A stretch of DNA of 35,822 nt, from assembly GCA_045837725.1 (NCBI GenBank), contig JBEWZL010000217.1, forward strand, positions 62,001 to 97,822, in the 5' to 3' direction. Shown piece by piece: positions 24,536 to 34,076 of this stretch. The position numbers and the translations under genes are program-made. A model generated the notes under the pieces. The model had not been told where the DNA came from, made no database searches, and saw only the letters and a list, made by a program, of their open reading frames with translations. This DNA is from Vermamoeba vermiformis. Its lineage: Eukaryota. Position 1 is the first letter of the stretch. Each line of letters opens with the position of its first letter.

Positions 24536-26460
24536 ATGAACGCACGACAGATCTGGATCCTCGCGTCTTTCATTACGTTATCCTGCGTACACTTGGCTCG
24601 CGGAGAAGTTAGAATTGAATCTGGCGCATTAAATGGCACCATTATAGCCTCGGCTCAATTCTACAAAAAAGGTAAGTTCTCAGCTACGGGTCCGGTTGAT
24701 CAGTAAATAACAGTAATTTTGCTTTGAATTAGGTGACGACTTTACCTCGTTTTTTACACCAGTCAGCGGATATATGGCACTGAATAATGCAACTGATGTC
24801 GCTGGCAAAATTGTTGTATTAGACTTTGTTGCGGTTCAAGTGGTCTACAAACACTTTTTCGACATCCAAGATCGAGGCGCTATTGGCATATTATACAATG
24901 CGAATACACGTAAGTCGTCATTAGTTTTTTCTCTTCGTAATGTCGGGGCGGCTCACTTTGAGATCCCGTGACATTTAACGGTCGCAATCGCGCATCTGAA
25001 TTTTTTAAAATTTCACGCTCGTATCAACACGTTTTAATACGTTTCTCGTTGAATAATATCAGACTAGTGTAAGCGGAGGCAGTCCGGATAGTATAATTTC
25101 GACACTTGCTTCGAACTTCCAATTTAGTAAAGCAATTACCATAAACCCAAGTGATCGCATTTATTAAAATTTATTGATGAAAATCTTTCTCTCCTTTTTG
25201 TTAGTTTGTAGTGAATAATTCAATAATTTTTAGTCGTGCCTGGGCAATATTTCTGCACGTACACCGGTGAAGATGTCCAGCAACTCGTTATTCCCGTTGC
25301 AGAGGTGTCGCAGGACAAATTCGAACTTGTTCACGACTTACTCGCCCAAGGAGAGCAGATCTACGTCACTCTGACCTCAGAAGGTAATTTACTCGTTCGT
25401 GAAACGTAATTTATCGACATTTTCCCAAATAGGAAATCCATGGACAGATCTGATAGTCAACAATGTCGCCACGATAATAGTCTTTCGATTCTTATTAGGA
25501 GCTACTTCTGTGGGGTTAATAGGCTTTGCGCTGTACAAACTGGTTTTGTTCGTGCGCGTACAAGGCAGCCAATTCAACGTGCCACAGGTGTGCTTGGGAT
25601 TGGAGATCATTTCAAATATGTGTACGTCATTTAACGTCTCATTATTTCTCCTGTATTAATTTTTATAATAGGGCGAGTAATATATTTCAGTGGTGACCCT
25701 TTCGGTTGTTTCTACATCTACGGATCTGCGGCTTCAAGCTTTCTCGATTCAATCAGTCTTCCTTACACTACAGCAACCTTCGTGCTGATTACTTTCTACT
25801 GGTAAGTACTGCGTGCGATGAATGAGCTCTATTGACATCGATACTGCAGGCACGAAGCGGTGACGGACACGTCGATTAAAATTTACCCATTTTTGGCGAA
25901 GCTTCAGATCCCATTCTTCGTGATCATGTTGGTAATTATTGCCGTCGATTTAACTGTCAGTTTGCTTGGCTACTTCTATGGTGCGGATACTTCAGTGCTG
26001 ACGATAATCTACATCGTAATCTCGTTTGGATTTATAGTCTTTTATTTCGTCACTGTCGGAAAATTGATGCGACGCATGCAAAAGTCTCAAGCCTACGGCA
26101 GACGCGAGAAGAGATTAACAAAGGTTCGTATTTATTTGATTCTATGACAGTATTACTTAAGAATTTTACGTCGGTTAGGTGAATCAAAAAATGATCCTTA
26201 ACGGAATCACCAAGTTCTTACTCGTCATCGTTGGTGCAATATTCGCGATTAGAACAATGAATGCAACACCAGTCCCGCAGTATGTATTGACCGCTTTGCT
26301 GGGAACTGTGATCGATGTCGATTCATTTGCTCGGATTTATTTGTTTGAAGTGCGCAAGAAGAGCTCGTCAAGTAAAGGCTCGAACTCGCAGGGTAGCACT
26401 GTATCGACTAACATGGCTGCTACTGCCTCGCAAGAGCCAAAAGAGTCTCAACAAGTGTAG
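24536..26460 (+). CDS. Signal peptide plus PA (protease-associated)-like ectodomain plus 7-TM protein, paralog 1
   Basis: Starts MNARQIWILASFITLSCVHLARG. PA-like motifs: DVAGKIVVL, QDRGAIGIL and IPVAEVS. Seven hydrophobic segments follow, including NVPQVCLGLEIISN, GDPFG and VLITFYW, then an S-rich tail. Stop TAG ends at 26460. Confidence 0.8.
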
Positions 26461-26738
26461 GGTGGACGTGTAAAAATTGTAAACTAATTTTCAAGCATGT
26501 TGCATTTTGATGCAATTTCAAAACGATAACGATTTGCGTAAGTGTAAGGTTCAACTTACTGATTTGGATGATGCTTCCAGACAGGGTATAACTATGGTTA
26601 TATGTAGAGCGGGATTATCCCTTTCGGCACGTCAATCTCGACGTGACATATTCAATATTAACTTCGAACATTTTTTCTGATTTGATTTAACTTAATAACT
26701 GCAACACCACGAAGCTTATATTAACGCGATAGAAGTAA

Positions 26739-28646
26739 ATGAAGCTCTCCCAGAGTATATCGTGTGTACTGTTGCTAACAATGATTGGGCTCTGCCGCGT
26801 GTCCCATGCCATGCTCACCGTAGAAAGCGGCTCGTTGAACGGAACCACAATAAGGACCGCTCAATTTTACAAGAAAGGTAAGAGAAAAATGTGTTGTGCC
26901 TTCACGTCACATCTCGTGGTACTTCAGACTTAAAGTTATACTAACACTTGGCTAATTTAGGCGATGACTTTACCTCAGTGTTTAATCCCATCAGCGGGTA
27001 CTTAGCATTGGAAAACTCGACGGATGCGCTAGTTAACGGAAGGATCGTTTTCCTACCGCAAGTTTCGGAGCAAGTAACGTACGCTCATTTCTTCGCTCTT
27101 CAAGACCGCGGTGCTATAGGCATTGTATTCATTACAAAAACACGTAAGTCACTCACTTCGGAATCCGGATGACCTAAACTGCACGTGCTCATTTTTTTTC
27201 AGGTGTGCCTGGTCAATATTTTTGCACTTACACCGGTGAAGATGTACAACGACTGGTTATTCCCGTTGCCGAAATATCATTAAGCGAGGTTAGTTCGCTC
27301 TTTACGTTGGTTGCACAAGGAGAAGAGATCTTCGTAACATTATCTTCCGAAGGTAAAATATTGACATATTGAAAAAATAGTATAATTACTTAGTATATTC
27401 TTCTTTCTTTAAACGCATGTCCTGACCGGTATTAATTATTTCTAAAATTAGCTTCAAATCGTTTTTTAAATAATCTCTTTGATTTAGGAAATGAATGGAC
27501 GAATATTATTGTCAACAATATTGCAACGTTAATTGTGCACAGAATAATTTTGGGGGCAACCAGCGTCGGTTTGATCGGCTACGCGCTGTCAAAGTTAATT
27601 TTGTTCGTGAAGAATCAAGGGCCGCAATTCAACGTGCCCCAAGTGTGCTTAGCACTAGAGATAATCTCTAATATGTGTAAGTGTTTAAATTTGATTTAAT
27701 GATTTTGAGACGTGGATTGCAATCCAAAATTTCGCAACTGGCCCGTCAGTTAATTAACGATATACGATGGATTAGGGAGAGTTATTTGGCTCAGCGGTGA
27801 CCCTTTGGGCTGCTTCTACAATTATGGCTCCGCTATCTCGAGTTTTCTTGACACGATCAGCCTTCCGTACGCGACAGCAACATTTGTTTTAATTACATTC
27901 TACTGGTATGAGCTTACATCATAATGTATCATCATCTAATACTAAGGGCTTGCCTTAGGTACGAAGCAGTCAGCGACACGTCGATTAAAATTTATCCGTT
28001 TTTGTCGAAGCTTCAGATCCCATTCTTCGTGATCATGCTGGTGATTATTGCTGTCGATCTCATCGTTAGCTTGCTCGGGTACTTCAACGGTATCGATACT
28101 GGTGCCCTAACTATTGTCTACATCCTCATTTCTACTGCTTTCGTCATCTTCTACTTTATTACTGTTGGAAAAATAACCAAGCGATTGAAGAATTCTCAAG
28201 CTACTGGTAGAAGGATCAAGCATCTCTCTAGCGTACGTTGTTGTTATTTTACTTTATTTAGAAATTCACGAATTTACCGGAGATAACCCGGCGAAAGTCT
28301 TTAATTTAACGTCTGTCAATTTTAGGTAAATCAAAAGATGATTCTGAACGGCATTACGAAGTTTTCGCTCGTTATTGTAGCGATTGCATTCGCTTTCGAT
28401 TCCGTCAGTTCCATGCCCTTGCCTCAATACGTAACGACTATATTCATTGTCGTTGTGATTGATGTCGATTCCTGGGCTCGTATTTTCCTCTTTGACGTGC
28501 GCAAGAAAGGCTCGTCGACAAGCAAGGGTTCCAACTCTGGAGATAACAACAATACTAGCTCTGGTCGCACTGCCTCCACAACAAATGTGGGAGCAACTGA
28601 TGATTTGCGGGCTAGTTCATCGTTGCAGGTTGAGAATCAGATTTAA
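26739..28646 (+). CDS. PA-like ectodomain plus 7-TM protein, paralog 2
   Basis: Intron positions and motifs match paralog 1 (AQFYKK|GDDFTS, NGRIVFL, QDRGAIGIV, VPGQYFCTYTGEDVQ, GDPLG, DTSIKIYPFLSKLQIPFF). Stop TAA ends at 28646. Confidence 0.8.
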
Positions 28647-29414
28647 TGTATTGTATTGTATTGTATTGTATACCTCTAAAGATGCTGTTGCTTATCATTT
28701 CGAGTTGGTGCCTCTCTTTGTCCCTCCCCAATGATATCAATTTCAATGGCCTTAGTTCCTCCAAGCACAAAATATGTTTATTTTGTCATAAACAACTGTA
28801 AAATAATTATCATCCATGATAGTTAAAAACCTTTAAAGCCCTTCTGGCATTTATGAGCAAGTTTGAGTCAGCCACAACTGTTTGAAGGATACTGTAATGA
28901 GACTAGTCTTGTAAGTAAGTAATTACAATTGGGTATGGGAAAGAACCTATGTGTGTGTTTATTCTTAACTAACGTACAAATGTTTTAGGATGTGTGGACA
29001 AGAACGCAACGTCCGTTTTATCAAGTTTATTTGGTCGTTTCACTGCCACTCGCTCGTGTTGGCAATGTTAGCCTTCTTGTTTGACTGTGTGTTCAAGTTC
29101 AACAAGAAATTTGCCCACGAGATCAATGCCCTTCCTCCGCTAGCTTTGGTCTAAGAGTCACGGAATGCAGTGTAAAGCAAAAATAAAGCATTGAAGTACA
29201 GTTCAAGGGCTACTGGCACTTCAGGCAAATTTTCATCAGCAGGGTTGATGTACTCCTGTTCAGGGGCGTTGTCCTTCTCTTTCTTCTTGGGACTCACGAT
29301 CAGGGTTTTGAATTAATATACCTTTGGGGTTAAGGTTAAAGGTTGAGGGGTGAAGAGTCCCTGCTTGTATGACGTAAAATAAATGAGTTAGTTGAAGTTT
29401 ATACTCAGTCAAAG

Positions 29415-29669
29415 CATCCGAACTTCGGATGGTCAAAAAGCAGCTATGTAACTTTCATAGCTGATATTCTTCCACATGGGCATCCGAACTTCGGATGGTC
29501 TTCAATAGGCTTATAAGAGATTTCACTGCACTTTCAGACCATCCAAAGTTCAGATGCTTTACACATCTGAATATTAGCTATTACATTTTCGTAGCTGTGT
29601 TTGAGAGCTCCGAAAATCGGATGATCTGAAAGTGTTACCAAGGTAGTATGGGCATCTGAAATTCGGATG
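29415..29669. repeat. Five dispersed copies of the 17-bp palindrome CATCCGAA-N-TTCGGATG
   Basis: Perfect copies at 29415-29431 and 29481-29497. An inverted, CpG-decayed copy lies at 29540-29556, and degenerate copies at ~29608-29623 and 29653-29669. Confidence 0.9.
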
Positions 29670-29942
29670 GTGTGAACCAGCTTTGAAAAACCAACAAAAA
29701 CTGATAAACAGCTCACAACCCAAATCAAACAAAAACACATTTATTAAATAAATTCATTTAAAAATAAATTCTTATTCATATATGTAAGTGGGCTTGCCCA
29801 TATAGGGCTAGCCCTGACACCCCCTCAAAAAAATAAAGAATTTTCGACCCCGATCATTTTTTACTTAAGCAAAATTTTACTTTGGAAAATTATCCACGGG
29901 AAAAAAAGAAGTCTCGCCCCGAATGACATGCTCAAACACACT

Positions 29943-30245
29943 AAGTCCTGCAGGTCGTCTCCACGTGGAGACAATCTCATAAAAAAACAAAGTCTCGCAG
30001 GTCGTCTCCACGTGGAGACAATCCTAAAAAAACAAAGTCCCACAGGTCGTCTCCACGCGGAGACAATCCTAAAAAAAACAAAGTCTCGCAGGTTGTCTCC
30101 ACGTGGAGACGATCTCATAAAAAAACAAAGCCTCGCAGGTTGTCTCCGCGTGGAGACGATCCTAAAAAAAAATAAAGTCTCGCAGGTCGTCTCCACATGG
30201 AGACGATCTACAAAATAAGAATGTCTCGCTGGTCGTCTCCGCGTA
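29943..30245. repeat. 45-47-bp minisatellite (6 full copies plus 1 partial) centred on the 16-bp palindrome GTCTCCACGTGGAGAC
   Basis: Palindrome starts at 29957, 30004, 30049, 30095, 30142, 30189 and 30235 (partial), separated by A-tract plus CAAAGTCTCGCAG linkers. Confidence 0.95.
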
Positions 30246-30502
30246 CAAACATTTCTCTTGGTCATGTCAGCACGGAGATGGTTAAAACTGAAATCGTTGA
30301 GGTCCACTCCGCACGCGAAGACGAATCCGTTAACTAAATAAAAAAAGGTAAAAATAACAAGACTGCCAATACAAACTGGAGGGTCTCACTATTATACATA
30401 AAAATATTTATATAGGGTCTAGGGTTATATATCATGTTGGGGTTAGCATTTTACAGTTTTTTTGTAGCCAAGGGTAAATTTTTTTATGCCTTGTCAGCTT
30501 CA

Positions 30503-30688
30503 CACCCATCCGCACAGCACGGACACCTGTCCGCACAACAGGGACACCCGTCCGCACAGCACGGATGCCCGTCCGCACAACAGGGACACCCGTCCGCACA
30601 GCATGGATGCCCGTCCGCACAACAGGGACACCCGTCCGCACAGCACAGATGCCTGTCCGCACAGCAGGGACACCTGTCTACACAGCAC
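30503..30688. repeat. 21-bp minisatellite, about 9 units alternating A/B (42-bp higher-order repeat)
   Basis: CACCCGTCCGCACAGCACGGA alternates with TGCCCGTCCGCACAACAGGGA. The array is followed directly by TTTTAGGGTTAGGG. Confidence 0.95.
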
Positions 30689-31009
30689 TTTTAGGGTTAG
30701 GGCTTATGCTTCGCTTTTCAGGCCCCTGGATCTCTGACGAAATTTCACCGAAATTTCCGGGAGTTGTTCCATGCAGCGAGGGCCGAAGGCCCGAGCACAT
30801 AGCACCAAGTCCCATTACATTTGGTGATAGTGATGCAGAGATACAGAGGCCCGAAGTAGCTGCGGCGCCAGCGTCGTAATGCCGAGAGAGGGAGAATAAC
30901 ACAGCAACAATAATCAATGTTATTTAACAGCAAAGGTATGCTTTCGATGAATAAAAACACGAAGAACGTCCTGTTTTCATTCATCTCCGCGACTATCGTC
31001 TGTGGCACG

Positions 31010-31047
31010 GAGATAATGAGATAATGAGATAATGAGATAATGAGATA
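31010..31047. repeat. (GAGATAAT)n microsatellite, about 4.7 copies
   Basis: Read directly from the sequence. Confidence 0.9.
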
Positions 31048-31569
31048 AATGTAATCAATGCCAATTACTAGCTTATGGTATGCTTTTAATCTATTGAGGC
31101 ATGATGGATATTCCTGCTCTCATACTCATTTAGTAATCAGTGCTAAATAACAGCTAATGAATGCTTTAAGTTTGTAGAAGCAAAAAGAATGCTTGCTTCA
31201 TATACATCCGCGATATTCATCTGCGGCGCATACAATACGAGAATGATGGAGAGTAATTGGATCTGACATAACAGTTCAATCATTCAATGCAATTTAATCA
31301 AATCAGTAATACTTTCATTCATAGATCTGATATCTAATAGCTATTCAAAAGCAGCATTCAAATATACATCCGCGAATGTTATTCTGCGGCACATAGTATT
31401 AATGAGATAGGATATATATGATATTCAACGTCTAATCTGATATGCTTGCAGCAGATTAATAAAGATGAATATATTGCATGAATATCTATTTCAATAGTCA
31501 GTAACATTACTAGTATACTATGTAGGGCTAACTTCCACTTTAGGGTTTAACTTTTTAACTTTTTTTAAT

Positions 31570-31770
31570 GGGGCGTCCCCGCGGCGCGGACGGGGGTCTG
31601 GTCAAACTTGGTCAACAAGGAGGCGTCCCCGTGGCGCGGACGGGGGTCTGGTCAAACTTGGTCAACAAGGGGGCGTCCCCGTGGCGTGGACAGGGTCTGG
31701 TCAAACTTGGTAAACAAGGGGCGTCCCCGTGGCGCGGACGGGGTCTGGTCAAACTTGGTCAACAAGGGGG
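31570..31770. repeat. ~50-bp GC-rich tandem repeat, 4 copies
   Basis: Unit GGGGCGTCCCCG(C/T)GGCGCGGACGGGGGTCTGGTCAAACTTGGTCAACAAG, with an internal CGTCC/GGACG inverted pair. Confidence 0.95.
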
Positions 31771-32054
31771 TTAACTTTGCAACCATGGCACAGATGCACT
31801 GGGGTAGTTCTGGAGTGACCAATTTGAATTCCATGTCAAAGCGAGCTCTGACAGTACTTACATACTGTGATTGGGCTGATGGATTTTTGCAGATGGCTTT
31901 GTGGCTTATGCAAGTGATGCATTGACTGAGTTGCAGGCAAAGTGTTTAATATTGCCTTAGTGTAGTTGGTTTGAATTTCATCTAATAAAAGCTGCATTAA
32001 AATGAAGCTTGTAAATGGTGTGGTGACAAATTAGGCCTGAGAAGTTAGAAGCAT

Positions 32055-32368
32055 GGTGTGGGCAATTTCGTTGTTTGTCTATGGCCAGCCATAACAGAAA
32101 TAAAAAAAATCTATGGCCACAGTGGGACTCGAACCTGTCATCGTGGTTTGAATCCAGGCGCAGGTTCAAATCCAAGTGTGGGCAGTTTTTTATTTTCCCT
32201 CTATGGCCGGCCATAGAGTTGCTGCAACACTGGCGCAGGTTCAATTCCAGGTGTGGGCAAATATCTTATTTTTACTTTATGGCCAGCCATAAATTGACTC
32301 CTGCCAAAGTCCTGGGTTCAATTGCAAGTTTATCATGGCATAATGTCTATCTTTATGACCAGCCATAA
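32055..32368 (+). repeat. Degenerate copy of the palindrome plus tRNA-T-arm array
   Basis: TATGGCC(G/A)GCCATA-type palindromes at 32080, 32202, 32278 and 32354. B-box variants are GGTTTGAATCC, GGTTCAAATCC and GGTTCAATTCC. The GCCACAGTGGGACTCGAACCTGTC leader is the same as at ~34463. Confidence 0.85.
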
Positions 32369-32594
32369 TATTCGAAATTTGCTGTTTGGTTGTCTTCTTG
32401 CAACTTGAACTTAACATTTCTGCTGAGCAGATCCCGCCTCTTCCAAATTCTCAAACTCTCACCATGTTAATGCCAAATATTGCTATCCCTTCATGTATAT
32501 TCTATTGTATCATATTCTATTCTATCCTGTGCACTGCCACAGGTTCCAAAAAGGCCTGATCCAACAAAAAGAAATTTGCATGAACTTCATTTAT

Positions 32595-33816
32595 TTACAG
32601 AGAATACATGCTCAGATCTACATTGTCATATGTGTTCTTGATATCCTCTATTATTGCTTGTGCCTGTTCTTCAAGAATTAATTTAACAAGAGTCGCAACG
32701 GAAACAGGGGAGGAATAGTCGTTGATATCAAAATTGTTGGCAGAGTCAAGTAGCAGGAGCCTTTTTCCATCCTTAAGAAAATCACGAAGAAACTTCAAGC
32801 AAATTGGCTTTGATTTCTCCATCACCCATAAGTATGGCAAAATGTGGAACAGGTGGTGCGCAATCTCGGCAGAAACTAAGGTTGTGCTTTTTTCCCCCTG
32901 TAAAGCCATGTAATTTAAATATAAGCTTATATTTGAAGTAAAAATAAAGTTACTTACCAATTGCCAACCAAGTAAATCTTTTGCTGGCTCTTTGCGCACG
33001 ATCTTTTCTTGATGTTTTTGCAACATAACCACGTTGATGTTTGGATTGTGCTTAAACAACTTGAAGCACTCATAAAGCCCTTGAACAGTAACAGAAATCC
33101 TTGCAGAATTAATTACCTGTCATTTGTGTGGTTAGCCTTGTGTCTATTGCATTGCATTAAAAAACTAAAAGAAATACTTACAGGAATTTGCACAATGCTT
33201 TGCATAGTGTATGGCTGCAGTACGTGGTAAATTCCATTTGGATCACTAAAACAAGCAATTAGCATACATTCAATTTAACAATATTTGTACTTACTGCAGG
33301 TCAATAACTTCCAAGTTGGTGAATTTTTTCTGCATTTCCGCAATTAATTTGGAGCTATTGACATTTGCAGTAAAAATGAGGGGAGGAGATTGCGCAGGGG
33401 AGGCTGGAGGGTTGGGAATAGAAGCTGTGTCGTGCACCTCATCCACATCAATAGCATTCGTGGGACCTCCTTGTGGGGAAAACCGGTCACTGAGGTCACT
33501 CTCAGAAGAAGTTTATATTATTAACAGTTAGAATGACTAAGAACGATAAGATTTCAACAGTATTACCTTCAGACTGCTTCTTTGATTTGGACTTGGCACG
33601 GGCAAGCGCATTCACCCTCTTTACTACAAGGAGGTAGAATTAGTAAAACAGGTGTCAATAACAAGATAAGTACATACTCTCCTCCTCGGTTGGTTTATAT
33701 CCTGGAGGTTTGCCTGAAAAATGCCAGATGTCAGGATTCACCGAGACAGATGACAGAACAAAAATATAATAATACTCACCTGCGTAGAGCATAATTATTT
33801 TGTCAGCAAAGTTCAT
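32595..33816 (-). CDS. Multi-exon hypothetical protein, possibly degenerate, divergently transcribed from the ParB-like gene
   Basis: Canonical GTAAGT/GTGAGT donors delimit open exons: MNFADKIIMLYA|GKPPGYKPTEEE|IKRVNALARAKSK..., ...TNLEVIDL|HDPNGIYHVLQPY...|VINSARISV...WQL|GEKSTT...MYSL*. One junction near 33500 could not be phased cleanly. No family was recognised. Confidence 0.55.
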
Positions 33817-34076
33817 ATTTTTGGCTCAGTCCTGAATTTTGAAAATAAAAATTAGTTTTTGGATCGGATTTAAGCATGTACAACGAACTGCTGGTGAACT
33901 GACACCAGCAATCAATAAAAAACATTTACATTTAATATTACTTACCAAAATTAGGGTAAAAGGCAGGTGTTGTTGTGTTTCTACAGCTGTTCAATTTTGA
34001 TCTGCGCGACTTGTAACGGTAAAAATTTCTTTCTTTTTTTAAGCTTGTTTACCCTCGCAACCACAACTCTCACATC

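Noticed and set aside
28647-28670. (TGTAT)n tract right after the 7TM stop codon as a possible element terminus
   Set aside because: It is a short microsatellite in a 3' UTR position, and TGTA-rich motifs also follow other stops here. No matching end or target-site duplication is visible.
28853-29160. Possible small spliced gene (GTAAGT donor ~28915, TTTTAG acceptor ~28988)
   Set aside because: The frames are short, the upstream ATG frame hits a stop, and no product is recognisable. At most it is a decayed fragment.
29954-30210. Facing CGTCTC/GAGACG (BsmBI-type) sites suggesting a synthetic cloning cassette
   Set aside because: The copies are degenerate with natural CpG decay, and no vector sequence is nearby.
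29861-31925. ORFs in the track over the minisatellites (for example 29861-30307, 30432-30879 and 31568-31925)
   Set aside because: They are translations of tandem repeats that stay open in several frames on both strands, with no splice or domain support.
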